DNA of 64,000 nt from Gammaproteobacteria bacterium. GTDB taxonomy: Bacteria; Pseudomonadota; Gammaproteobacteria; JBCCGL01. A model generated the notes under the pieces. It did no database searches, was not told where the DNA came from, and saw nothing but the letters and a program-made list of their open reading frames with translations. A program made the position numbers and the translations under genes. Shown here in pieces: positions 48,801 to 59,100 of the stretch. The stretch covers positions 3,136,001 to 3,200,000 of the forward strand of contig OZ255836.1 in assembly GCA_965277715.1 (NCBI GenBank). The letters run 5' to 3'. Numbering within the stretch: the first letter of the stretch is position 1; each line of letters opens with the position of its first letter.

Positions 48801-49067
48801 ATGGCGCGAATGGTGAATTGCGTGAAGTTGGGGGTTGAGTCAGAAGGCTTGGAGCGGCCCACTTACCCTGGTGAACTGGGTAAAAAAATCTACCTGAATG
48901 TATCCAAAGAGGCCTGGACGGGATGGATTCGCCATCAGACTATGTTAATCAACGAATACCGATTAACCCCTGTCGACCCACAGGCACGCAAGTTTTTGGA
49001 AGAGGAGATGGAGAAGTACTTTTTCGGTGAGGGTTCAAGCGTACCGGATGCGTTTGTGCCGCAGTAG
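48801..49067 (+). CDS. yggX: Fe(II) trafficking / oxidative damage protection protein YggX
   Basis: [26 protein letters not shown]. Confidence 0.95.
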   Translation: MARMVNCVKLGVESEGLERPTYPGELGKKIYLNVSKEAWTGWIRHQTMLINEYRLTPVDPQARKFLEEEMEKYFFGEGSSVPDAFVPQ

Positions 49068-49094
49068 ATAGTTCGGTTAAATGCTCACAGCCGC

Positions 49095-49123
49095 TTGACT
49101 CATTGCAGCTCAGCGGCTTTAAT
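49095..49123 (+). promoter_or_regulatory. sigma70 promoter of tRNA-Phe
   Basis: TTGACT, 17 nt, TTTAAT, then GC-rich discriminator ACGCGC. Confidence 0.65.
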
Positions 49124-49173
49124 ACGCGCTCTTTTGAAACAGCGGTTTTTGTCGCTGCATTGATAATAGTAAT

Positions 49174-49249
49174 GGCCAGGTAGCTCAGTCGGTAGAGCAG
49201 GGGACTGAAAATCCCCGTGTCGGCAGTTCGATTCTGTCCCTGGCCACCA
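49174..49249 (+). tRNA. tRNA-Phe (GAA)
   Basis: 76-nt cloverleaf GGCCAGG...CTGAAAA...GTTCGATT...CCTGGCCACCA. Confidence 0.97.
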
Positions 49250-49309
49250 CCCTCTCCTTAAATTAAACGATCTGCTTTGGCTTTAGTGTTGAACCTGGCA
49301 CGAACTGCA

Positions 49310-49408
49310 GCAGTTAGATTATTCGGCGCGTCCTTGCGCCTCATCCTACGGGTTCGCTATCGCTTATGAAGATTTGCTCCGTGCAAATCTTTCTGTCCCT
49401 GGCCACCA
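49310..49408 (+). repeat. second copy of the tRNA-Phe 3' end (att-like) interrupted by a 70-nt hairpin element
   Basis: GCAGTTAGATT (49310-49320), insert 49321-49390, TTCTGTCCCTGGCCACCA (49391-49408, identical to 49232-49249). Confidence 0.8.
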
Positions 49409-49656
49409 TTACCCTCTCAGAAATGATCCATTGAGCCTGAATTGGAGATAGAGGAACGACTAAGATTCAGTTTTTCAGTCTTGTCCGCTGTGGTGTTCAT
49501 TAACAACACTTAAAAGAGAGCTTCAACGATCCTTCAAGCACTCTCGTCACTCTATCTGGGGTTTTGGGTAAAATTAATAATTAGAACACCACCCTCAATT
49601 CTTGCTAATATCTCTTAATATTCTTAGTACAAATGAATTCTATACTGGATCAATTC

Positions 49657-50631
49657 ATGGCACTTGCCGACCAATTAAAAGCTTTGCTTCAGTCGCACTC
49701 CGAAGGCGACGATGCACAGTTTTATTCGATAGCAATGCAGCTAGCAGCACATGAGGCTAAAGTGGGCCATGGAAAGTTGGCAAAAGAGCTTAGAGAACTC
49801 ATAGATCAAGCCAAAAGCGTATCATCGTATAATAAAAAGCCGGTACTCATCACACGGCCAAGAGGTGAGCTATCTGAACTCCTCTCGGCTAGTTATCCCA
49901 AGCTAAATTTGAGCGATATTGTATTATCCGCAGAAATTGAGGAAAGGTTAAATCGGCTAGTCAAAGAACACCGGGAGATTCGCAATTTACGGAGCTATGG
50001 ATTGTCTCCTCGACGGAGAATTTTATTAGTTGGCCCTCCTGGTACTGGCAAAACCCTCACTGCATCGACAATCGCTGGAGAGTTGGGGTTACCACTGTTC
50101 ACTGTTCGGCTTGATAGCCTTATTACTAAATTCATGGGGGAAACTGCCTCAAAACTACGATTGGTCTTTGATGCGATCGCCCAAACGCGAGGCGTCTATT
50201 TATTTGATGAGTTTGATAGCATTGGTTCTCAAAGAGGTCTAGCAAATGACGTCGGTGAGATTCGCAGGGTACTAAACAGCTTCCTTCAAATGGTTGAACA
50301 AGATTCATCCGATAGCATTATCTTTGCTGCAACTAATCATATAGAAATTTTGGATCATGCTCTTTTTAGACGCTTTGATGACATCATTGATTACGAGCTT
50401 CCCGAAAAAACTGAAATAGTTTTAGCGTTTAAATCAAAATTAGCTAGTTCCAAAGTCTCACGGATTGAATGGCAGAAGCTTGCTTTATTGAGTGATGGAT
50501 TGAGTTTTGCTGATATTACCCATGTCTGTGAAGATGCGATTAAGAACGTAATAATAAATAGAAAACCGTCTGTGACTACAGCTGAGCTAGTTAAGTCTAT
50601 TAGCGATAGAAAACGTATTCGGAAAAATTAG
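49657..50631 (+). CDS. AAA+ ATPase, IetA-like
   Basis: QLAAHEAK.GH, GPPGTGKT, LITKFMGET, FDEFDSIG, NDVGEIRRVLNS, ALFRRFDD. Confidence 0.88.
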   Translation: MALADQLKALLQSHSEGDDAQFYSIAMQLAAHEAKVGHGKLAKELRELIDQAKSVSSYNKKPVLITRPRGELSELLSASYPKLNLSDIVLSAEIEERLNRLVKEHREIRNLRSYGLSPRRRILLVGPPGTGKTLTASTIAGELGLPLFTVRLDSLITKFMGETASKLRLVFDAIAQTRGVYLFDEFDSIGSQRGLANDVGEIRRVLNSFLQMVEQDSSDSIIFAATNHIEILDHALFRRFDDIIDYELPEKTEIVLAFKSKLASSKVSRIEWQKLALLSDGLSFADITHVCEDAIKNVIINRKPSVTTAELVKSISDRKRIRKN

Positions 50632-53138
50632 TGTCTGAACCTCCTGAAGGCAAGTTACGGCATCTAATCGTTAATGGATTTCATGAATCAAGCGAATACT
50701 CTTCGCCAAATTCTGGCCGCCCTCCAGGTTTTAGAACACCGAGAAGAGACAGAGAAGCTCATTCACAGCGACTTACCGAGCAGTTGCAATACGCACAAGC
50801 TCGCGAGGTGGAAATAGTTAGGCAACAACGCGCAATTGGGCTAGATGCAGGAAATGGAATTTACATTAAATTTGAGAGTGATCCAGGTTTCGAGCTCAAA
50901 TTTAAAAGTTTAGAATTTACAACAAGTGGCATTGAGCTGTGTTCGGTAAAACGAATTGGCACTACTGGCACTACTACAGCTACGGTATTTGTCCCAGAAG
51001 GAAAATTAGACCACTTTCTAAAACGGATAACTAAATACAAAGAAGAGGATACAAAACCGAGAACTGAAGAAGGAATCTCCAAGGCTTGTCATAAAGATTT
51101 AGTCGAGAGTATAGGCAATATACGGCTGGCATCTCTAGAAGCGCTTTGGACTGACGACCCTGCCCTTTTCCCTCAAGCCGACGAACCTATTTGGTGGGAA
51201 ATTTGGCTAAGAGACAACGAAACGCTTGACTACGAAGGGCTCGCTCGTGAGCACCTCAATCAAATGGAACTCACTGTATCTCCTGACTCTATCAAGTTTA
51301 TTGACAGAACAATCATTCTGGTAAATGGCTCAAAAACTCAATTAACCAACTCTATACTTCTCTTGGGGTTCATAGCAGAAGTTCGAAAAGCTAAGGAAAA
51401 TGCTTCCTTCTTTCTTGGGCTTGACCGAAAAGAACAAAACGAATGGGTCACAGATTTAGTTGAACGAACAACGCCACCCGGCCCAAATCCACCATCAGTT
51501 TGCATTATGGATACCGGCGTGAACTGCTTACATCCATTATTAGCTATTTGTAGTTCAGATGATGATATGCATACGTATAGTCCTGAATGGGGAACGGATG
51601 ATCGATTCGGCCATGGCACCCAAATGGCTGGCCTCGCCACTTATGGCGACCTGACAAATTGCCTCGGCCATACAGACGAAGTAAGCATTTCTGGCATATT
51701 GGAATCTGCAAAGATAATCCCCTCACCTCGCTTTTCTCATGAAAAGCACCTATATGGCGCTATTATTCGCGAAAGTGTAGCGCGAGTGGAGGTCGGAGGA
51801 CGACGGTTGCGAACTTTTTGCCTGGCTGTTACAGCCGATGATGCCCGAGACAGGGGTAAACCATCTTCCTGGTCTGCCTCAATTGATGCGATTAGTTCTG
51901 GATATGAAGATGAGCAGCGTCGGTTATTTATACTTTCTGCGGGAAATACTGATCCTGGCGGTCGTGCTGATTATCCATGTAGCAATTTCACTGATGAAGT
52001 GCATGATCCAGGTCAATCGTGGAATTCACTGACTGTAGGTGCTTACACAGATAAAGATAATCTCGATACTGAAAAATACCCAGGGTGGACACCTATCGCG
52101 CCAAGAGGAGATATTGCTCCCTCTAGCTGCACCTCCATGCAATGGGCGAAAGCATGGCCAATCAAGCCAGAAATAGTTCTTGAAGGTGGCAATATGGGGA
52201 AAAACCCTGCTGACGGTTCTGCTGATTATATTGATGACAACCTACAACTATTGACTACTGGTCATCAACCTTTACTTGATCGTCAGATAGTTTCTTTTGG
52301 CGACACCAGTGCTGCTGCCGCTCTTGCTGCAAAGCATTCTTGCGACCTTCAAGCAACTTATCCTGAATTTTGGCCTGAGACTATAAAGGCATTATTTGTC
52401 CATTCTGCTGAGTGGACAGAAGCAATGAAAGAGAGATTCGATTTAAAGAAACAAAAGGGGTATCGACAACTTCTGAAATACTGCGGCTATGGGGTTCCTA
52501 ACTTTGAAAAGCTTGCTTGGAGTACAAAAAGCTCGCTATGTATAGTGAGTCAAGAAATGTTACAACCTTACCAGCGAATCGGTTCTAAAAAACCCTCAAC
52601 CCGAGACATCAACATCTACATGCTACCTTGGCCGGATGAAGTTTTAGCAAATATCCCAGAAGACACGCCTGTCGAAATGAAAGTAACCCTTTCATATTTT
52701 ATAGAACCAAATCCTGGTGCACGAGGATGGTCGACAAAGTATCAATACGCCTCGCATGGCCTTAGATTTCAGGTTAGACGACCTCTAGAAAGCCTTGATT
52801 CATTCAAGGCACGCATAAATCAGAAAGCTAGAGATGAAGAACTGGGAAGATATACAACTACTGCTGACTCAGGCAAATGGCAATTAGGTGAAAAGCTACG
52901 AACGCTAGGGTCGATTCACAGTGACACCTGGACTGGCAATGCCCTAGAGCTAATCCAGAGAAAGAACCTCGCTATCTACCCTGTGGGGGGGTGGTGGAAG
53001 GAGCGAATTAAAGCGGACAGGTGGCATAAATCAGCTCGATATGCGCTTATAGTATCGCTGAGTACACCCACCTTAGAAACAGATATGTACACACCTATAG
53101 CTCAGCAGATTGAGAATCGAGTTGGTATTGAAGTGTAA
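50631..53138 (+). CDS. S8 subtilisin-like serine peptidase, IetS-like
   Basis: IMDTGV, GHGTQMAG, SAGN, IKPEIV, DTSAAA; WWEIWL, YASHGLRF, IYPVGGWWK; translationally coupled to the ATPase. Confidence 0.88.
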   Translation: MSEPPEGKLRHLIVNGFHESSEYSSPNSGRPPGFRTPRRDREAHSQRLTEQLQYAQAREVEIVRQQRAIGLDAGNGIYIKFESDPGFELKFKSLEFTTSGIELCSVKRIGTTGTTTATVFVPEGKLDHFLKRITKYKEEDTKPRTEEGISKACHKDLVESIGNIRLASLEALWTDDPALFPQADEPIWWEIWLRDNETLDYEGLAREHLNQMELTVSPDSIKFIDRTIILVNGSKTQLTNSILLLGFIAEVRKAKENASFFLGLDRKEQNEWVTDLVERTTPPGPNPPSVCIMDTGVNCLHPLLAICSSDDDMHTYSPEWGTDDRFGHGTQMAGLATYGDLTNCLGHTDEVSISGILESAKIIPSPRFSHEKHLYGAIIRESVARVEVGGRRLRTFCLAVTADDARDRGKPSSWSASIDAISSGYEDEQRRLFILSAGNTDPGGRADYPCSNFTDEVHDPGQSWNSLTVGAYTDKDNLDTEKYPGWTPIAPRGDIAPSSCTSMQWAKAWPIKPEIVLEGGNMGKNPADGSADYIDDNLQLLTTGHQPLLDRQIVSFGDTSAAAALAAKHSCDLQATYPEFWPETIKALFVHSAEWTEAMKERFDLKKQKGYRQLLKYCGYGVPNFEKLAWSTKSSLCIVSQEMLQPYQRIGSKKPSTRDINIYMLPWPDEVLANIPEDTPVEMKVTLSYFIEPNPGARGWSTKYQYASHGLRFQVRRPLESLDSFKARINQKARDEELGRYTTTADSGKWQLGEKLRTLGSIHSDTWTGNALELIQRKNLAIYPVGGWWKERIKADRWHKSARYALIVSLSTPTLETDMYTPIAQQIENRVGIEV

Positions 53139-53376
53139 AAACGTGAAAGTGATCGCTAATATGTTTGGCTATAGCTGTGTCAGCAGCCTTTCTCCGGCGA
53201 TTGATGGGATAAAACGGAGCTTATCTGATAGAAGTCTGAAGGATATGTATGAATAGGCTTATGCTCGGTTGAATATAATTAGATATGGTTGCCCCTTTTC
53301 CTCTTTTTTGATTGTATGCCAATGGTGGTTGATTTGATTGCGTCACTTGCCGTATCCAAGGAAGGTTTAAAAACCA

Positions 53377-53661
53377 TCAACTCCCACGAATGAACTCAAT
53401 AACAGCACGCGTAACGACATCAGTTGTTGCTGTTCCGCCAAGATCAGGCGTATGCAAAGCAGGGTTTGCAGTCGTTCGCTCAATAGCCTGCATCAGCATT
53501 TCAGATGCTGTTGCCTCGCCCAGGTGTTCCAGCATCAAGACCGCTGTCCAAAAGGTCCCGATAGGGTTTGCAATCCCCTTGCCGGTAATATCAAAGGCAG
53601 AACCGTGAATCGGCTCGAACATTGAAGGAAATTGTCGCTCTGGGTTCAGGTTTGCGGTGTG
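53377..53661 (-). pseudogene. 3' fragment of a tartrate/isopropylmalate dehydrogenase gene
   Basis: TANLNPERQFPSMFEPIHGSAFDITGKGIANP...TPDLGG; 5' part replaced by an AAGGGGGTCAG junction. Confidence 0.85.
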
Positions 53662-53675
53662 CAAGCAAGGGGGTC

Positions 53676-53903
53676 AGCAAGGGGGTCAGGCTTATTATTC
53701 ACCATACAACGACTAATACGGATAAAAACAGTGATTTCCAGCAATGAAGTATAGAAAATAACTGCCTTGACCCCTTTTTCCTTATGTAAATAGCAAGGGG
53801 GTCAGGCTTATTATTCACCATACAACGACTAATACGGATAAAAACAGTGATTTCCAGCAATGAAGTATAGAAAATAACTGCCTTGACCCCTTTTTCCTTA
53901 TGT
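53676..53903. mobile_element. two tandem ~112-bp MITE-like units with imperfect terminal inverted repeats
   Basis: AAGGGGGTCAGGCTTATT...AATAACTGCCTTGACCCCTT; copies start at 53676 and 53792. Confidence 0.65.
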
Positions 53904-54951
53904 CATAAATCGCTACTTCGTTGTCGTCTATATCCCGGTTTAACAGCCGTGTGTTCGAGTTTTCTGCATCACCGAGAACGACCTCACCCTCGCCCACTGT
54001 TCCCAGGGTTTTGGTTTTGCTGTGTTGATTGTCATTGCTGTAGTCCAGGCTGACGGTTTGTCCTAGCCCCACACTCGCCGAGGTTGAGCGCGCTTCTACT
54101 GTGTTGTTCAGGCTGCCCACTTCCAGGGTATTGGTAACTAGCGTCAGTTGTTGGTTGTCATTACCGTCTTCATCCACGGCGGCTATCGTTGCCCCTCGCA
54201 ATGTCGTCGCTTCCGCCACAGTGATGTCGACTGTTTCACCCAGCAATTGGGTGTCTACGGTGTTTTTGATCACCGATCGCGCCCTGGCGTTGCTTAGCCC
54301 CGCTGAGTTGATGCCACTGCTGCTAAACCCGGCACTGAACCCCTGGGATTGACTGCGGTCTTTGGTGCTGTTTTGCACCGAGGCCACATGCAGGGTTTGG
54401 GTGTTCAGGCTCAGGGTGTCGCCCGCCGCTACATCCGCCCCTTTAATCTGCGTGGTATCTCTTGTGGTGATCGTGATGTTATTGGCCAACAGGGAGGCGT
54501 TGGTTTGCGTGATCTCACGGCGGCTGCTACTGGCGCTGTCACTGCTCAGGTTGACACCACCCCCACTGCCCCCGTACAGATCGATCGAGATATTGACGTT
54601 TCTATGCTCGGTGCTGGTTTCCCGCGTTGAAAGATCCTGGGAGGCGAGGATGTTTAAGTCCTGACTGTCGATGGTGATACCTTCACCGGCTTGCAGGTGG
54701 CTACCCTGTATCGTGGCGGTGTTGTTGGCATTGATGGTAATCGTATTACCCGCACTCAACGTCGAGGCCACTGAACGCTGCTGGGCTTCACTCAGTTGTT
54801 CTTCCAGCACATCCAGATCAATTTCAAGGCCCGCGTTAAAGCCGTAGGTGCCGCTGCTCGCCGCTGCCTTGGCCAAATGTGCGGTGGTGCCGACACACAG
54901 GCAAGCCAATAGAACAATCAACAGGTTATGACAAACAAGAGAAAGACGCAT
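53900..54951 (-). pseudogene. truncated toxin cassette 4 (signal peptide + hemagglutinin repeats, no toxin tip)
   Basis: near-identical to the first ~351 aa of the two complete toxins; homology stops at VAIYDI at the TGACCCC-T junction. Confidence 0.85.
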
Positions 54952-55113
54952 AAACAGAGTGTAACGATTGGTGAGTATTTGGCGAGTAGTTTTTCTTTTC
55001 GGTGGGAATTTACAAATATCGTTAGCGCGACCAGTGGGCCAAGTTTATCAACCGATCAATATAATACTTGCCTCTAATTTTTCTTTTGAATGCAATTAAA
55101 TATACCTGACCCC
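54952..55113 (-). repeat. conserved ~160-bp toxin leader, copy 4
   Basis: near-identical to 59243-59404, 59757-59918 and 63248-63409; begins GGGGTCAGGTATATTTAATTGC on the minus strand; partial fifth copy at 55221-55312. Confidence 0.9.
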
Positions 55114-55392
55114 TTTTGTTGCTTCTTGACCTCTTTTATTGCTTCTATGAGATGATGTACCAGATTGAAAGTCAGTTGAATAGTGAATAACTGGCCTGAC
55201 CCCTTTTTTCTTTTTTTGCTTTAGCGCGACCAGTGGGCCAAGTTTATCAACCGATCAATATAATACTTGCCCCTAATTTTTCTTTTGAATGTAATTAAAT
55301 ATACCTGACCCCTTTTATTGCTTCTATGAGATGATGTACCAGATTGAAAGTCAGTTGGATAGTGAATAACTGGCCTGACCCCTTTTATTTTT

Positions 55393-55593
55393 ATCCTGGC
55401 GAAACACGGTTCTGGGCATCGGGAGAACTCCAAGCGATTGGCTTGGCGTCACAGGATAACCAAAAACAGATTAAATGTTTACGAAAACTTATTTCAGCAC
55501 TTTCTCAGATACCGCGTTTTTACTGGGTGGCTGGGGTATTCAAACCTATAACGGGAAGTGCTGAAATACTTACAGCTTAAGGAAGTGCCATTC
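55393..55593 (-). mobile_element. probable left end of an IS4-family element
   Basis: terminal IR GAATGGCACTTCCTTAAG (55576-55593), internal inverted repeat, GGAG plus ATG start (MPRTVFRQD) cut at a motif junction. Confidence 0.55.
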
Positions 55594-55611
55594 ATACCTG
55601 ACCCCTTTTAT

Positions 55612-55812
55612 TGTGTGGGTAATCGACCGGGGCGTATTGAACCAAGAGTGGTTAAACGAAGACCCAAACCATATCCTTTATTGATGCAGCCAAGGGACGT
55701 GGCCAGAAGTGTTGTTAAAAAATATGGCCATCCCAAAAAACAGAAATAGGTCATTTACAATGAAAGTACTTCCATATTTTTCATGTACTTAGAGCTTAAG
55801 GAAGTGCCATTC
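55612..55812 (+). mobile_element. right end of an IS4-family element (transposase C-terminus + IR)
   Basis: VGNRPGRIEPRVVKRRPKPYPLL...GHPKKQK*, IR CTTAAGGAAGTGCCATTC 55795-55812. Confidence 0.75.
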
Positions 55813-55862
55813 TGGCCTGACCCCTTTTTTCTTCCTTTTTTCTCTTAACGCGACTGAATTGG

Positions 55863-56156
55863 CTAACTGTTCTGCCGCAAAGAGGTATGAATTTCAGCTA
55901 CTGTTTCCCACGAAGAAAACGGTGAATCGGGATTTTCATTAAATGGTTTCAACTGATGGGAAAAACCCTCTGAGACTCGACTGGATGTCCACATAGAAAG
56001 TTTTTCCCTGTCTGAACCGAATTCGTCATTCATTAGCACTCGCTCTAACACAAGGTATAATTCTCGATATGGACTAGATTCGTCGCACCAATTTAATCTT
56101 TTCGCGTTATCCAACAACCAACGTAAACGTTCTTTAATGGATTGGTTAATACTCAT
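55863..56156 (-). CDS. putative immunity protein for toxin B
   Basis: 97 aa, AT-rich, start overlaps the toxin stop codon. Confidence 0.7.
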   Translation of the reverse strand: MSINQSIKERLRWLLDNAKRLNWCDESSPYRELYLVLERVLMNDEFGSDREKLSMWTSSRVSEGFSHQLKPFNENPDSPFSSWETVAEIHTSLRQNS

Positions 56157-59100
56157 TATGGTTGACTCAATGTCTCGCCCAACGTAACCGGAGGATTAGT
56201 ACCGTAAGTAGTTCCGCCAGGAGCAAATGTTTGCCATCCTTGACCAGGCAACGGGTTCAAACCTGTCCAATTTTGGGGTGCAACAACACCTTCAAGCACA
56301 TGAACAGGCTGGTTAACAGTCCCGACATTCAAGTACGTAGCAGGATTATTTGGAGGCAATGCCAGGTTATCAACAACTTGGCTCGGCACTTGCCCTGCTG
56401 TTCCGGGTGTTAAGAACTGCCCTGATGCAGGATTTGTGGAACCACCAGAATAAATTCCAAATATCTCTCCAGGTTGAGCCTGACGAATATAAATAGGGCC
56501 ATCAAAGGACTCAACAATACCACTGATATTACCTTCGGGGACTCCTGTTTGGCGTAGGTAATCCGCCGCCTGATCTGGGGTAACTTCATATCTTGGTGTT
56601 GGCGCTTCCGGAGCATTAGGCGGATTAACTAGTGTACCGTTTACATGGCCACCATTAGGAAACTCTATACGGGCAATTTGCCTCTCTGACTCACCAGGCA
56701 GATCCACATCACGACTTGGCGCAACATCCCCACCTACTCTACCACGCCCCGTAACCAAATCAACCGCCCTGTCCTTAACATCCTCCGGGATAATCTTCGC
56801 TACCTTGTTTATTACCGCCGTCTCTGCCGCCCATAAACCCAGGCTAACCGCTCCATCAACAAACACACTCTGGTCTCCCTGATGGCTTTCTGTCGTGAAT
56901 GAATCCAATACACGCTGGCCTTGGACACTTGTATAATCACCAAACAACGTCACCGCACCATCCACTGCCTGAGCCGCCGCCAGGCCCGTTAATGCCGCCG
57001 TCCCTACCGGTGCCGCACAACCCACCACCGTCGTACACAGTGGCGATGTCGCTATCGTTGCCCCTGCACCAACAACTGTGCCCACAGTGCCAATCCCTGC
57101 ATTGATCGCTCCCCCCGTTCTGTGGATTATTTCCCCATTTGCATCAACACCGTCTTGTACTCTGTCACCCAAACCGTATTCAAACTGATCAGCCGGCACC
57201 ACGCTCCCCAACATACCCTCTAGCGTCGCCCCCTGGGATTGCAGTTCTTCGCCCAACGCCTGCAAGGTTGCCAGTTGTTCGTAGTGCGCATCATCTTCTG
57301 GCACACCTTGCGCGCAATTCACCGCTGCACACGCAACAGCATCCAGCTGCGCCCTCATCGTTTGTTGTTCTTCTGCACTTAAATCTGCACGCGCACTGAT
57401 GTTGGCTCGCGCCTGTACCAGCGTTTGTGCTTCTCTTGTATGGAATTGGCGGTTGTTCACTACCGCGTTACCCACTGCGTTCGCACGTACCGTGCCCTGC
57501 GTAACCGCATTGCTTGTTATCAACGTCTCCCTAAATTCCGTACCCCCGGTACTATCAAGATCGCCGCCTGCCGCCTGGTTTAAACGCCCTGATAACTGTT
57601 CGCCAAACGCATCCGCCACCACTTCCTGACCTGCATCATTTGCCTCCCCTTCCTGCAACGTCCGGTTTTCGATTAATTCATGCCCTAAGGTCGTGAGTAA
57701 ATCCGTTTTACTTTCCCCGTTTGCATCAACAAATAGGTCACCGTATTGATCATGGCTTTCATCCGCTACCGTGCCACCTCTTCTGTCCAGAAGAAGGTTA
57801 TCCCCCAGTGACGCACTCGTTGTCGTTGTGCCGTCGTACAGGTTGATCTCACTCAGCGAGACACCAAACTTTTCCTGTGCCAGGTGACCTACTTCAACCA
57901 TTCCCTGAGCGTACAACTCACCATCACCACTGAGGAGTTTCTCCAATATTGCGGCATTCTCCGGGTTGCGTAGCAGGTCATTTTTCAGTTGCGTGCCCAC
58001 TGTGTTGTTTTGCGCGACTTCAAAGAAATCGAGCAGGTTCAGGGCATCGTTTTCCGATAAGGTCTCGGCGGCACGGGCAAGATCTTGACCCAATTCCGCA
58101 CTATCAACAAAGTCGTTTCTAATCCCTTCCCGACCTGCTTCTGTCAACAACCGCGTATCCAACGACCCACTCAACCCCTGGTGCGATTCAATGTCATAAA
58201 TCGCCACTTCGTTGTCGTCTATATCCCGGTTTAACAGCCGTGTGTTCGAGTTTTCTGCATCACCGAGAACGACCTCACCCTCGCCCACTGTTCCCAGGGT
58301 TTTGGTTTTGCTGTGTTGATTGTCATTGCTGTAGTCCAGGCTGACGGTCTGCCCAACACCCACACTCGCCGAGGTCGAGCGCGCTTCTACTGTGTTGTTC
58401 AGGCTGCCCACTTCCAGGGTGTTGGTAACTAGCGTCAGTTGTTGGTTGTCATTACCGTCTTCATCCACGGCGGCTATCGTTGCCCCTCGCAATGTCGTCG
58501 CTTCCGCCACGGTGATGTCGACTGTTTCACCCAGCAATTGGGTGTCTACGGTGTTTTTGATCACCGATCGCGCCCTGGCATTGCTTAGCCCCGCTGAGTT
58601 GATGCCACTGCTGCTAAACCCGGCACTGAACCCCTGGGATTGACTGCGGTCTTTGGTGCTGTTTTGCACCGAGGCCACATGCAGGGTTTGGGTGTTCAGG
58701 CTCAGGGTGTCGCCCGCCGCTACATCCGCCCCTTTGATCTGCGTGGTATCTCTTGTGTTTATCGTAATGTTATTGGCCAACAGGGAGGCGTTGGTTTGTG
58801 TGATCTCACGGCGGCTGCTACTGGCGCTGTCACTGCTCAGGTTGACACCACCCCCACTGCCCCCGTACAGATCAATGGCAATATTGACATTTCTATGCTC
58901 GGTGCTGGTTTCCCGGGTCGAGAGGTCTTGGGAGGCGAGGACGTTTAAATCCTGACTGTCGATGGTGATACCTTCACCGGCTTGCAGGTGACTGCCCTGC
59001 ACTGTAGCGGTGTTGTTGGCATTGATAGTAATCGTGTTACCCGCACTCAACGTCGAGGCCACTGAACGCTGCTGGGCTTCACTCAGTTGTTCTTCCAGTA

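Noticed and set aside
54980-54990. GGCGAGTAG as an ops/RfaH element in the toxin leader
   Set aside because: Imperfect match and on the strand opposite to toxin transcription.
55221-55749. Small ORFs 55221-55433, 55344-55580, 55558-55749 and the tails of 53815-54951 and 59313-59756
   Set aside because: They read across motif junctions (PDPFY, KKGVR peptides come from the motif itself); chimeric, not genes.
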